Source: Promethearchaeota archaeon
GTDB taxonomy: Archaea; Asgardarchaeota; Lokiarchaeia; Sigyniarchaeales; SOKP01
DNA: 64,000 nucleotides
Direction of reading: 5' to 3'
NCBI GenBank assembly: GCA_011364925.1
Contig: RDOA01000018.1
Location: forward strand, 1,012-65,011
Part shown: positions 28,024 through 38,786 of the stretch, piece after piece
How positions within the stretch are numbered: the stretch's first letter is position 1
Layout of the letters: the number at the start of each line of letters is the position of its first letter
Notes under the pieces: generated by a model
Databases searched by the model: none
What the model was told of the DNA's origin: nothing
Seen by the model: the letters and a program-made list of their open reading frames with translations, nothing else
Translations under genes and position numbers: made by a program

Positions 28024-29751
28024 TTACTCCTCTTTTTGAATGTAATCTATTTTGTCTAATACTTCTTTTAATTTTAAAGCTTCAGAGCCCCCTGAAATTT
28101 GAATGTTAACTAGAGAATCATCGTTAGTTCCAGTAACATTAATTTCAATAAGCAAATCTTCAGTTCGAATTTGTTTAGTTTGCCTTCTACTGAAAGCTTC
28201 TTGCAAAATTTTATCTAATTTTGGAAACTCGCTGGCGATGTCAGCCCAGATTTCTTTATGGTTCACATATTTAAAGATATAATCAGTTACTGTTTGCTTG
28301 TATAATTCTTGATTACAGAAGTTGATGAGATAAGCTCTATTTGGAAAATCAATATCCTCTATCAAATCGTTTCTAATGTTTGCAAGGGTATTTATATCCC
28401 CCTTTTTTGAAGCTACTTTTATTTTTTGGGCAAGATTTGAATAGCTTTTGTCCTTGATTGAATTAACAAAAGGGAGCAAATCGTTTTTAACAATTAAATC
28501 GTTTTTCTGATAGTTTTTTAGTGTGGCTAAATCTTCATCTTTAGGTTCCCCATCTCTAAACCTTTCAGCGATTTGATAACAGATTTCACGATTTATGTAT
28601 CGTTTCTGAATTAAATCTAAAAGGCTCTGCGAAAATTCGTATGGGTTTCCCCAATATGGTGATTTTTCTAACTCTCTACTAGAATATTTAACTCTATGCG
28701 AGATTACATATGGAGCAATCGTGTTTACTATGTTGATATCTACTTGTTTAAGATTTAATAACCAAGTTAAAGCTTTAGAATATCTTAAAAGATCTTTAGC
28801 AACGCGCACGCTTAATATAGAATCAATGTTATTACACACATTCTGGTTAGTATTGAAATGACATCCTGAGCACAAACCCGTGCTTGGTTTTAGTTTTTCA
28901 GCGCTTCCTTTATCGACTCTCACACATAAAGTAAAATCTCTTATAATCGCGTGGATATAATTATTAACATTTGCATCGAATTGAATCCTATTTACAAAGT
29001 ACCAGATTTCCATTAACTCGTCGATAGTCAATATTTTAGGTACTTGTATTAGTTCGTCAAAGCCGCTATATTTTTCATCTTTTCCTTTTAAGATTAATTC
29101 TAAATCGTGACTTGAGGGCATTACGATTGGTACCGATATACCAAATCGGTCTAAGAATGGAAAGGAAAGCTCAAATGTTCCCACGTCTTGGGGATTTATA
29201 GTAGCAAATAAGCAATATTTGTCAACTGTCTTAATTTCGTCGTAATATTTAATTGAACCCTCAGCTAATAAAGATAGAAGAATATCTTGAGCGTATGGAG
29301 TTAATCGATTTACTTCATCTATAATTTTCCAAAAATTCAATACAAATTGTCTCCAAACAACTTCTTCCACACCGTCATGCATTAATTTTCCTAACTTAAG
29401 CGTACCAACTAATTTTTCTTCGGATAGTTGAGGATGTCCGCGAACGATGGAAGATTCTATATCGTTTAAAGACTTTCCAGTAAACATACGTCCAAGAAGC
29501 TTTGTAAGACTTGTTTTTCCTCCACCGTGTCCTCCGACCAATAACATTGCTGAATTGGGGACCAGAGCATTTAACACGCATAAAGAAAGTATTTCTGGCA
29601 ATGCTTTCGTACGTACCTTTTGTGTCTTTTCATCTAAGTATTTTATTTCGAGGTTTTTAGAATGGACGAATAATTGATTCGCTTGAGTTAAATTGATGAT
29701 CTTCCATACTTTTTTTCTTAATATCTCTTCTTCTGTTAATTTTGTCGACAT
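28024..29751 (-). CDS. MoxR-like AAA+ ATPase
   Basis: GGHGGGKT, IIDEVNR, ATINP, FLDRF, SVR; adjacent to a vWA gene. Confidence 0.88.
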   Translation of the reverse strand: MSTKLTEEEILRKKVWKIINLTQANQLFVHSKNLEIKYLDEKTQKVRTKALPEILSLCVLNALVPNSAMLLVGGHGGGKTSLTKLLGRMFTGKSLNDIESSIVRGHPQLSEEKLVGTLKLGKLMHDGVEEVVWRQFVLNFWKIIDEVNRLTPYAQDILLSLLAEGSIKYYDEIKTVDKYCLFATINPQDVGTFELSFPFLDRFGISVPIVMPSSHDLELILKGKDEKYSGFDELIQVPKILTIDELMEIWYFVNRIQFDANVNNYIHAIIRDFTLCVRVDKGSAEKLKPSTGLCSGCHFNTNQNVCNNIDSILSVRVAKDLLRYSKALTWLLNLKQVDINIVNTIAPYVISHRVKYSSRELEKSPYWGNPYEFSQSLLDLIQKRYINREICYQIAERFRDGEPKDEDLATLKNYQKNDLIVKNDLLPFVNSIKDKSYSNLAQKIKVASKKGDINTLANIRNDLIEDIDFPNRAYLINFCNQELYKQTVTDYIFKYVNHKEIWADIASEFPKLDKILQEAFSRRQTKQIRTEDLLIEINVTGTNDDSLVNIQISGGSEALKLKEVLDKIDYIQKEE

Positions 29752-29835
29752 CTGGGGAATTCTCGTAAGATTTTTAATATTAAATAAAAATCAGTTCCCT
29801 TATATAAAAATTAGTATTATTTTATTAATTTACTC

Positions 29836-30186
29836 CTAAAAATAGCCAATGTGCCCTAAATTGTTTCCCTTTTCGTCTAAGGCGAATACTAGTCCCATTG
29901 AAAGAGGTTCCTCATCTTTATCTTTAGTAGATTTAGCAACCTTTTTGATTGTCTGTAATTTTAATATGAATGTACCCCCACATTTCTTACACTTTATGTA
30001 TATTTTACGAGTTTGTTCCTTTTCATCTTCATACTCTTCTTTCTTAAAGGGTACTAGCAAATTCACATCAGTGTTATCGCAATTTTTCAAAAAACACTGA
30101 TCTAATGAAATCTTTTCCATTCCTCTTCGAGCAAGTGAGATATATGCATGAGTAGGAATTTCACTTCTTAGATCTTGTTCGACCAT
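29836..30186 (-). CDS. Small Cys-containing (probable Zn-binding) hypothetical protein
   Basis: CFLKNC and CKKC pairs. Confidence 0.65.
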   Translation of the reverse strand: MVEQDLRSEIPTHAYISLARRGMEKISLDQCFLKNCDNTDVNLLVPFKKEEYEDEKEQTRKIYIKCKKCGGTFILKLQTIKKVAKSTKDKDEEPLSMGLVFALDEKGNNLGHIGYF

Positions 30187-30325
30187 ATTTAGTAAAAAAG
30201 AATATCGTAATTAACTCTTATGATTATTGAATATTGATTTTTGAATTTTGAACTTTTAATGGTTAAACTTATTTTTTTCCGAGGATTATATTCTTTGGAA
30301 ATACTTTCATCCATGTAGAATTATT

Positions 30326-30631
30326 ATGTCAGATAACGAGGATTTCTCGGAAGAAACGTTAGAACATATTTCAAAGTTAGCGTTATTAGATTTATCAGAC
30401 GAAGAAAAAAAGAAATTAGCTAAAGAATTAAAAGATATTCTTAATTATTTTAAGAAGTTAAACGATTTGGATACCTCCGAAGTTAAACCAATGACTCATC
30501 CTATTGATGGCCTCAAAAATGTTTTCAGGGAAGATATTCCATGGAAATCGCTTTCAAATGAAGAAGCGTTGAAAAATGCTAAATATACTAAGGATGGGTA
30601 TTTTAAAACTTCAAAAGTAATTAAAAATTGA
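30326..30631 (+). CDS. gatC: Asp/Glu-tRNA amidotransferase subunit C
   Basis: HISKLALLDLS, LDTSEVKPMTHP, NVFRED, DGYFK. Confidence 0.92.
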   Translation: MSDNEDFSEETLEHISKLALLDLSDEEKKKLAKELKDILNYFKKLNDLDTSEVKPMTHPIDGLKNVFREDIPWKSLSNEEALKNAKYTKDGYFKTSKVIKN

Positions 30632-30635
30632 TATT

Positions 30636-31652
30636 TCACTCTTTATATTCTTTATCTAAGATTTCTATTGCTTTTTCCATGTCTCTTAGTGCTTTTTTCC
30701 TCTCTTTTGGGCTCATACTATAGAAATCTTCTTCAGAATTAGTTCCAATTTTTTGGGACTCTGCCATTGCTTTAAATTTCTTATAAACTAAAGCGTTTAT
30801 GTAGCGTTCGTAATGACCTAATGCTTTATTTAGATCGGGATTATCTTTAATTTGATCCCATAATTCAAGCGTTTCTAAACTCCGAATACCGATATCTATT
30901 CTAAACCAACTAATTGGGAAAAGCAATTTCTTTTTAATACCATATTCGATAACTTTAATATTCTCCTCGTCAATGTACATTTCAGCTATTTCATCTTTGC
31001 TGAAAACAATATTATCGCTCATAATGTACATGTTGGCGGCATTTTTTGAAGTACAAACAATTCCTACGGCAAATCCCTTAGCCAATCGCAACTTATTGAT
31101 AAGATCTTCTAATTTTGAACCTTTAATGTGAACATTTGATTTCTTGGTCCCTTGAAATTCAATTTTTATTTTTGCCACATCTTGTTCATCTATGATTATT
31201 TTAGGAAACAAATCCTTTTCTCTGGATCTCTTGTGAGCTTCCAATAATTTGTTAATAATCTCGTAATCTAATTTCAGTCCGGGAATTACAGTAGTATTCG
31301 CATCTAAAAATGCATCTACTTCAAAATCAGCGATTCCATAAAAAATCTTTCGGTTATTGATGATCTGGTAAATGGTTTTGATTATAGCATCTACTAATGC
31401 TTCTGGATCTTCTCGTATTGAGTCAAATTCAGTAGTGGTAAATGTATCTATACTATCTTCTAATCCCTCTTCTTCGTAAAAGGCGGCCCACGACATTTCA
31501 GTATAGATATTGCCTTCATTATAAAAATTGTGTTCGCTATCTATACTAATAATCGACTTAGCTCCACCTATCTCCACGCCTTTTTTACTACTTGAAGAAC
31601 TAAAAATTTTTAAAGGAGGATTATAAAATTCTAGCGACAATTGAATAACCAT
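30636..31652 (-). CDS. Hypothetical protein
   Basis: 338-aa ORF, no motif recognised. Confidence 0.7.
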   Translation of the reverse strand: MVIQLSLEFYNPPLKIFSSSSSKKGVEIGGAKSIISIDSEHNFYNEGNIYTEMSWAAFYEEEGLEDSIDTFTTTEFDSIREDPEALVDAIIKTIYQIINNRKIFYGIADFEVDAFLDANTTVIPGLKLDYEIINKLLEAHKRSREKDLFPKIIIDEQDVAKIKIEFQGTKKSNVHIKGSKLEDLINKLRLAKGFAVGIVCTSKNAANMYIMSDNIVFSKDEIAEMYIDEENIKVIEYGIKKKLLFPISWFRIDIGIRSLETLELWDQIKDNPDLNKALGHYERYINALVYKKFKAMAESQKIGTNSEEDFYSMSPKERKKALRDMEKAIEILDKEYKE

Positions 31653-31770
31653 TTTTATAATGTTGCTTTAAAATATAAATGGAGTTCATATTATTAAATA
31701 TGGGTTTTTTTAAGTGTAGAAAAGCAATAGAAAAGAAGGCAATCAAAATAATTGTTAGAGATAATAATTT

Positions 31771-34767
31771 TTAATTGATAGGAATCTTAATTATAAATGT
31801 AGATCCCTTACCTTTTCCTTCAGATTCAGCCCAAATATCTCCTTCGTGAAGTTTAACGATCTCCTTTGATAAAAATAATCCTAACCCGGTACTTCCTACA
31901 TCCATGTCAAGATCCTTTTTTAGTGGAGATTCTATTGTGCTGAATTTTTTAAAGAGATTGTCAATTTCCCGTTTTGTTAAACCTACACCTGAATCCTTTA
32001 TTTCTATATAAGCAAATTGACCGTCAGAGTTTAGTTTGATTCCTATTTTTCCCTCAGAAGGTGTATATTTTATAGCATTTGATAGAATGTTTGTAATTAC
32101 AAGTTCTATTCGAGATTCATCTATATCTATATTAAACTCGGGGAGGATATCAATTTCTATTTGGTGGTTACGTTTATTACTAAAATATTTCATTTCCTTA
32201 ATACAATTTATAATAACATCGCTTAAATTAGTTTTACTCTTGTTGAGTTTAAATTTTTTAGATTCCATCATAGAAACATCAAGCAAATCATCCACAAGTT
32301 TTTTAATTCTCTTAGTTCCAATGGAAGCCATTTCAAGTAGTTCTAATTGTTCAGGATTGAACTTATCTTTGTGTAAAAGATCTAACAGTTGGTACGCTCC
32401 ATAAACAGTAGTGATAGGCGTTTTTAGTTCGTGAGAGGCTCTATCTATAAACTCTTTTCTCATCTCGTTTAATTCTTTTAGTTTCAATTCCAGTTCTTTC
32501 GGAACAGATATGTCGTGTACCATCACCATTAAGACGGGTCTTTCTCCTAATTTCACAAGCGTTGATTCGATTGTTGCCCATATAAGACTTCCATCTTTTT
32601 TTCTTAGTTGGATATCAATTGGATCGACTGATCCTCCGCTAGCAATTACTTTTAGCCTTTTCAGTAGGATTGGTAAATATTCAGAAAGCACAACGTTAAT
32701 CTCAGCATAGTTTTTACCGACTAACTCTTTTTTATCGTATTCAATTAGTTTTTCTAATGAAGGATTGCAGTCTTCAATTTTACCCAGAATGTCAATCAAT
32801 AAAATCGATACTGGTGATTTTTCAAATAGGAATCTATACTTTTCCTCTGATTCTCTTAATTCTTCTTTTGTTTTTTTTCTCTCAGTTATATCAATGTAGG
32901 ATGTAAAGAAAGCTGGTTTATTTTGAAACACAATTACTTTGCTATATACTTCTAACCAAATTACACCACCATTTTTGTGAATTCCTCGAGCTTCGTAAAA
33001 TTGGAATTCCTTATCTTTTTGCTGCTCCATTCTAGCGGCAATTTTAACGACTTTTTTCTTATCTTCAGGGTAAATTGTTTTTAAAAATTCTCCCGGAGCC
33101 CAACTTAACAATTCATTGATCGAATACCCTAAAATATCAGCGAGAGTTTTGTTTATGTATTTAATTTTCTCGTCTTGAATAATCGAGATTCCCATTAAAG
33201 ATTGCTCGGTGATAGTACGGAATTGTTCCTCAGATTCTTTTATTTTCTGTTCAGCTTTAACCATCTCTGTAACATCGTGGACTATGCTTCTCATCCCTAC
33301 TATTTCTGATCCCTTATATATTGGGGTTGCGTTAATTGTGCCATAAAAAAAAGTCCCATCTTTTTTTCTTAACTGCATAATACCAGGTTCGACATTCCCA
33401 CCCCTAAATATTAGCTTTAGGCTTTTTAAGGCTTCTTCTTTATCTTCATCACGAATAAAGTCAAATGCATTCAAACCTTTTTTAAAGTCTTCGTGTGAAT
33501 ATCCAAATATTTCAGATGCAATTTTATTGGTATAGACCAATTTAAAATCTAAATCAATTTCAAAAATTACTTCTGGTAACGAATTTGCCAAATCTTTATA
33601 CTTTTTTTCAGATTCAATTAAATTTTGGGCAGCCTCCTTCCGTTCACTTATATCTCTCGCAATTGTAAGAATATAATTTTTTCCATCTGGATTTTTATAG
33701 AACTCAGCAGTTGTTTCCATCCAGACATATTGCCCTTTCTTATTTCTAATCCTTACTTCGATTGATTTATCTCTATTTCTTAAAGCCTTGAGGACTAGTT
33801 TAACATCGTCAGGATGAATAAGATCTGTTGCCTTTTTACCCATAATGTCTTCTGAAGAATACCCCATTATTCTTTTGTGAGCTTTTTCATTAATATAATC
33901 AATTTTTAGGCTATGATCAACAACTGTTATTAAATCTTGGGCATTTTCTGATAATAACCTATATTTTTCCTCCGATTCCTCAACTTTTTCTTGAGCTTTC
34001 TTCATCTCTGTAATATCGTGGATTATACACCTGACTCCAATGACACTATTATCTTTAAATATTCGACTTGCGTAAACATTGGCAAAAAAGAAAGTTCCCC
34101 CTCTCTTCTTCAATTTCAAAATTAATGGTTTTACATAATCTCCTCTAAAAATCTGTTTGGTTTGTTTTAAGACTAATTCTTTATCTTCAGCAGATACGAA
34201 TTGAAACATATTCATATCCTTTAACTCTTCTTTTGTGTAACCGAAGATTTTTGAAGCGATAGAATTGGTATATGTAATATTGAAAGCTAAATCGATATCA
34301 AAAATTACCTCCGGGAGAGAGTCGGCTAAAAGTCGATATTTTTTCTCAGACACTTTAACTTCTTGTTCTAAACTTTTACGCAAACTTATATCCTGCGTTA
34401 TAACTTGAATGTAAGTTTTATTTGCAAGTTCAATTTTTGACGCAATAACATTGACCCATATGAGTTTTTTATCTCTATTATAGAGTTGAATATCTTCTGG
34501 ACCAAAAATACCTCCTTTCAATAAATGTGCAAAAACTTTCTTCATACGGGCTATTTGGTTTTCGGGGATAACAAATAATTCGGAAAAATTGAGATTAATT
34601 AAATTTTCTCTTGGAAATCCGAAAAGATCTAATGTAGCAGTATTTACCTCGACAATTTGCCCATTATCATCTAGCAGTACGATAGAAATAGGAGTTCTAT
34701 CAAAAAGTAACTTATAATTGTCTTGAAGCAGAAATTTGATATTTGCTTTATTGTTTGGGCTAGTCAA
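31771..34767 (-). CDS. Cytoplasmic multi-PAS (six PAS/PAC) sensor histidine kinase
   Basis: Six SEEKYR/DITE-bounded PAS units; ASHELKTP, NILSNAIKYT, DSGVG, GLGL, GSTF. Confidence 0.95.
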   Translation of the reverse strand: MTSPNNKANIKFLLQDNYKLLFDRTPISIVLLDDNGQIVEVNTATLDLFGFPRENLINLNFSELFVIPENQIARMKKVFAHLLKGGIFGPEDIQLYNRDKKLIWVNVIASKIELANKTYIQVITQDISLRKSLEQEVKVSEKKYRLLADSLPEVIFDIDLAFNITYTNSIASKIFGYTKEELKDMNMFQFVSAEDKELVLKQTKQIFRGDYVKPLILKLKKRGGTFFFANVYASRIFKDNSVIGVRCIIHDITEMKKAQEKVEESEEKYRLLSENAQDLITVVDHSLKIDYINEKAHKRIMGYSSEDIMGKKATDLIHPDDVKLVLKALRNRDKSIEVRIRNKKGQYVWMETTAEFYKNPDGKNYILTIARDISERKEAAQNLIESEKKYKDLANSLPEVIFEIDLDFKLVYTNKIASEIFGYSHEDFKKGLNAFDFIRDEDKEEALKSLKLIFRGGNVEPGIMQLRKKDGTFFYGTINATPIYKGSEIVGMRSIVHDVTEMVKAEQKIKESEEQFRTITEQSLMGISIIQDEKIKYINKTLADILGYSINELLSWAPGEFLKTIYPEDKKKVVKIAARMEQQKDKEFQFYEARGIHKNGGVIWLEVYSKVIVFQNKPAFFTSYIDITERKKTKEELRESEEKYRFLFEKSPVSILLIDILGKIEDCNPSLEKLIEYDKKELVGKNYAEINVVLSEYLPILLKRLKVIASGGSVDPIDIQLRKKDGSLIWATIESTLVKLGERPVLMVMVHDISVPKELELKLKELNEMRKEFIDRASHELKTPITTVYGAYQLLDLLHKDKFNPEQLELLEMASIGTKRIKKLVDDLLDVSMMESKKFKLNKSKTNLSDVIINCIKEMKYFSNKRNHQIEIDILPEFNIDIDESRIELVITNILSNAIKYTPSEGKIGIKLNSDGQFAYIEIKDSGVGLTKREIDNLFKKFSTIESPLKKDLDMDVGSTGLGLFLSKEIVKLHEGDIWAESEGKGKGSTFIIKIPIN

Positions 34768-34897
34768 GATTATTAATTTGGGAAATAAGAACTCATTTTA
34801 TCTTCGTTATTTTAAATTAGTAAAGTAATAAATTCAGTATTTTTTAATATTCACTTTGTTCTCAAAGTGTATTTGATCATCTCAAAACACATTTAAG

Positions 34898-36538
34898 TTA
34901 TGATTGCTCCATACGGTACTTCGAATATTGATATAATATTTTCAAACATTTCGTTGGTGCATCCCAGAAGTCAAAAGTAGGTATATCTTGGGACAGAAAT
35001 TTTTGATACCACTGATATTTATAGGGGAACGGCCCACAGAAAAATACAGGGATAGAATATTTTTTCATTAACCTTAATATTGGTTTTATAACTGATCGCT
35101 CCAACAATAAAGTCATATCTTTAACTTTATCATCAACCACCATCCCAGAACTTTCAATAGTATCTAATACATCTGTTAGATCAAAAAGCCCCCATATTAT
35201 GATACTATCCACTTCTCCCGATTTCATTAACAACTTAGGAAAGTTGTAGAACAAGTTTAAGAAATTTACATCAAACGTAACATCTATTGGATTTTTCGCG
35301 CTTGCGGTAAATGGTATTAACTCTGCAAGTTCGCTTTTTAATTGTGTGGAAAATTCTGGTACATCTAGCCCATATAGTTCTGAGGTTTTTGCCATCATCG
35401 AACCGCTACCACCTGAGTCTGTAATAATTCCTACTCGCTTACCTTTCATAAATACATTGTATTTTTGAGCAAACGATAGTGTCCTCAAATAATATAAAAA
35501 GTCGGTAATAGAATTTGTGGGAACAATACCAGTTTTTTGAAACACAGCGTTATATATTTTCTGATTTCCGCTTAGCGATCCTGTATGACTCTTTATCGCC
35601 CTATTTGCTGCTTTGGTACCTCCAGTATAAATTGCTACAATTGGTTTTTTAGGAGTGATCTCTTTTACGAGCTTAATAAACTCTTTCCCGCGTTTGATTT
35701 CTTCTATATAAAGTCCTATTACTTGAGTTTGGGGATCATCTTTGAGGTAATCCAAAACATCTACCATGTCAATATTTCTTTCATTTCCGATCGATATTGA
35801 TTTGCTAATTTTTACGCCCATTTCTTTAGCATGCCAAAAACATTGAGCAGCTACTGTGCCTGATTGGCTAATAATTGAAATATTACCTCTCTCTGGAATA
35901 GCATAAGGCCAAAATGTGTTAAAGTAGGCGCTTTCTTTTTCAGGAAATCGATACCACGCATTATAGATTCCAAGACAATTTGGTCCAATAAACCGCATGT
36001 TATACTTATTAGCAATCGCGTCAATTTTTTTAGATAATTGTATACCTTCCTCGCCTATCTCTCTAAATCCACCAGAAGTGATTAGAAGATTTTTAATTCC
36101 TTTTTCTCCACATTCTTCCATGACTTGAGGAACTACTCTAGTAGGTAATATAAGAAAAGCAAGATCGGGTATTATTGGGAGATCTCTTACTAGTTTGTAC
36201 GCTTTAAAGCCTTGAATTTTTTCTAGTCGTGGATGTATTGGATAAATGTGTTCAGTAATTCCACCACCAGCTATAATATTCCGAAGTTGCATTGAACCCA
36301 TTGTAGAAAGTAAGTTATTATTTGCACCAAAAACTGCAATGCTTTTTGGATTAAGAAACTGATGTAAAAAATGATTCTCATTCATTAGTATTTCGTTCCT
36401 ATCATTCATAATCATTGCCAGAAATGTGAATTTTTTTAAAAGATATATTAATTTGTAAAATAACGCCCTAAATATGAGTTTTTTTATTCTATTTTTGTAA
36501 AGATTATGAGAAAGTTCTAATTGGATTAAAATTGGCAT
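34898..36538 (-). CDS. NDP-forming acyl-CoA synthetase alpha subunit (true start probably about 40 codons downstream)
   Basis: NPKSIAVFGA, IGPNCLG, SQSG, SHTGSL, NPIDVT. Confidence 0.9.
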   Translation of the reverse strand: MPILIQLELSHNLYKNRIKKLIFRALFYKLIYLLKKFTFLAMIMNDRNEILMNENHFLHQFLNPKSIAVFGANNNLLSTMGSMQLRNIIAGGGITEHIYPIHPRLEKIQGFKAYKLVRDLPIIPDLAFLILPTRVVPQVMEECGEKGIKNLLITSGGFREIGEEGIQLSKKIDAIANKYNMRFIGPNCLGIYNAWYRFPEKESAYFNTFWPYAIPERGNISIISQSGTVAAQCFWHAKEMGVKISKSISIGNERNIDMVDVLDYLKDDPQTQVIGLYIEEIKRGKEFIKLVKEITPKKPIVAIYTGGTKAANRAIKSHTGSLSGNQKIYNAVFQKTGIVPTNSITDFLYYLRTLSFAQKYNVFMKGKRVGIITDSGGSGSMMAKTSELYGLDVPEFSTQLKSELAELIPFTASAKNPIDVTFDVNFLNLFYNFPKLLMKSGEVDSIIIWGLFDLTDVLDTIESSGMVVDDKVKDMTLLLERSVIKPILRLMKKYSIPVFFCGPFPYKYQWYQKFLSQDIPTFDFWDAPTKCLKILYQYSKYRMEQS

Positions 36539-36627
36539 CGAATGGTCGATTGCTCCCTTTCTTCATAAATATTAAAAATAAGTTTAAATAACCAGAGTTT
36601 ATTATCTAGAAAAGTAAGGAGACGCTT

Positions 36628-37482
36628 ATGCATATTGTTGCATTATTTGGTATTGTTCTACTAATAATATTACGAATAGTTGGATTATTGGTCTCTATTG
36701 AGTTCAAATTAGAGTTTAAAGGTAATAAGTATTTAATTTTAATAATTGGGTGGTCTTTTTGGATTATAGCTGGGATAACTGCCTTGAGCGTGGGATTTAT
36801 CGAAATTCCGTTTTTTAACGATTTAGTTCTGCTCATGAATGGAATAAGTTCGACGCTCGCTATGTTATTTATCTTAATTGGTCTTCATTCCTATTTCCGG
36901 AAGATTAAAGTAAAAAGTCTTATCGCCTTAAGCACAATTTTTACGATGATACCTTTAATTGCTTTCTTTTTAGGATTCTATCCTATTTCTCTTAACATTT
37001 CATTCATTTTCCTTTTTTTTGTTATATTATTTTACACTTTTTTACCTTTTGGAAGGCTTGAAGTGTTTAGAACGAAACTTACTTTCAAATCGTTGTTTTG
37101 GTATTTGATATTAGTAATAGCTATTTCGATGATGGTAATAAGTTATGTGATTTCTGTGTTTCAGGGATATTCCTATGGCTTTTATTCTAATGACTTCAGC
37201 ATAGCAATGTTTATTAATTATTTTTTAGGTAATATAAGCACGCTTGTAATTCTAGTCTATTACATACATTTAGAATATGATATATCTAAAATCCAAAAAT
37301 ACGAATTAAGGGATAGATACTCTCATGATTTAGGAAATATTATTCAAGTAATTTATAGTGCCACTGATTTGACAAAAGACTCTGATGACTTAAACAAAGA
37401 TAATTCCGAGAACCTTGAATTAATTCAAAAAAAGTGCGAAGAAGCCGCAAAATTAATTAAAGATATTAAGGATACGCAATAA
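36628..37482 (+). CDS. Seven-TM protein ending in a HisKA/DHp-like domain, no ATPase domain
   Basis: Seven hydrophobic helices then RDRYSHDLGNIIQVI and a second helix, then stop. Confidence 0.75.
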   Translation: MHIVALFGIVLLIILRIVGLLVSIEFKLEFKGNKYLILIIGWSFWIIAGITALSVGFIEIPFFNDLVLLMNGISSTLAMLFILIGLHSYFRKIKVKSLIALSTIFTMIPLIAFFLGFYPISLNISFIFLFFVILFYTFLPFGRLEVFRTKLTFKSLFWYLILVIAISMMVISYVISVFQGYSYGFYSNDFSIAMFINYFLGNISTLVILVYYIHLEYDISKIQKYELRDRYSHDLGNIIQVIYSATDLTKDSDDLNKDNSENLELIQKKCEEAAKLIKDIKDTQ

Positions 37483-37499
37483 GTCGAGGTGGATTAAAT

Positions 37500-37865
37500 A
37501 TGGCTACGATTTTCCTCATTGATGACGATTCAAGTATTGTTACACTATTTGACAAGTTTTTAACTGTTCTTGGGCACGAAATCGTAGCCAAAGCCTATAA
37601 TGGTGAAGAGGCAGTTAAACTATTTAATGAATTCCGAAAAACTCCCGATCTAATCTTAATGGATCATCGGATGCCAAAAAAAGATGGGTTAACAGCAGCA
37701 AGAGAGATTTTATCGACTAATAATAAGAGTAAGATTATTTTCTTTAGTGCGGATTATTCGATAAAAGAAAAAGCGTTAGCTTTAGGAGCAAAATATTTTT
37801 TAGAGAAACCTTTTAAGTTGGATACGCTTGTACAAGTTATTAACAAGATTATTTCTGAAGACTAG
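37500..37865 (+). CDS. Single-domain response regulator (receiver)
   Basis: IDDD, PDLILMDHRMPKKDG, FSA, KPF; GAGGTGG SD. Confidence 0.93.
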   Translation: MATIFLIDDDSSIVTLFDKFLTVLGHEIVAKAYNGEEAVKLFNEFRKTPDLILMDHRMPKKDGLTAAREILSTNNKSKIIFFSADYSIKEKALALGAKYFLEKPFKLDTLVQVINKIISED

Positions 37866-37878
37866 AAATTATATAACT

Positions 37879-38094
37879 TTATCTCTTTAATTCAATATCA
37901 GCAGAATAGTCTGGAATTGTTCCATCGTAACTCACAATATTTTTCTCTTTTAATTTTTTCAAAATTAATCGCACACCTTCGAATTCTTCTTGACATAGTG
38001 TTTGTAATTCCCTATAGTTCAACTTTCCCCCCTTTTCTTCCAATGTTTTGATAATGAATTCTTCCTCAATTGATAATTTTGCCATAACAATCAA
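37879..38094 (-). CDS. Small wHTH-like protein
   Basis: IIKTLEEKGGKLNYRELQ...LILKKLKEKNIV. Confidence 0.65.
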   Translation of the reverse strand: MIVMAKLSIEEEFIIKTLEEKGGKLNYRELQTLCQEEFEGVRLILKKLKEKNIVSYDGTIPDYSADIELKR

Positions 38095-38126
38095 TTTACA
38101 ATTTAAAATTTATAATGTAATATTCT

Positions 38127-38636
38127 TTAATTTTTACCGGTGCTACCAAATCCTCCTAAACCTCTTTCTGATTCTGGAAGTTTTTCAGTTTCAATAAATT
38201 CGTATTCATGGATTTTACCTAGAATGAGTTGACATATTCTTTCTCCTTTTCTTAAGGTTACATCATTATTAGATAAATTTACAACAACCGCCATCCACTC
38301 GTTCCTGTAACCAGTATCAATTGTGCCTGGAGAATTTACGATAGATAATCCTTCCCATAATCCTAAACCACTGCGAGGAACAACCTTAAAATAATATCCT
38401 TCTGGAATCGCTGTCGCAAAACCTAAAGGACACCCAATTCGTTCTAAAGGTTTTAGCGTATATGTCTCAGCATTAATTTCTACTAATTCTCGTTTGTCGC
38501 CTTCTTTGATGATTTTCCGAAAACCTATTATATGCGCATCAGCTCCAGCATCTCCTTCTTTTGAAGGTTTAGGTATAACAACTTCCTTACTAAATTTTTT
38601 GAAAGGAATCTTCAATTTCTTGGTTTCCATTTTCAT
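38127..38636 (-). CDS. dut: Trimeric dUTPase
   Basis: AGAD, PRSG, GTIDTGYR, ERICQ, RGLGGFGSTG. Confidence 0.95.
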   Translation of the reverse strand: MKMETKKLKIPFKKFSKEVVIPKPSKEGDAGADAHIIGFRKIIKEGDKRELVEINAETYTLKPLERIGCPLGFATAIPEGYYFKVVPRSGLGLWEGLSIVNSPGTIDTGYRNEWMAVVVNLSNNDVTLRKGERICQLILGKIHEYEFIETEKLPESERGLGGFGSTGKN

Positions 38637-38786
38637 CTTAATTCATCTTAAATCTCAGAATATAAAAAAGAGTTGTTATTAAAGAATCATTAAAATTGAT
38701 AAGAAAAAATGTTATAAAATCATTAATCATTACCAGAACTATCACCTGAAGAATAAGCATTAAATTTATTTTGTAAGTGAAACAGT

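Noticed and set aside
31771-34767. Internal repeats in the histidine kinase (e.g. two LA[DN]SLPEVIF units)
   Set aside because: Ordinary PAS-domain duplication typical of such kinases
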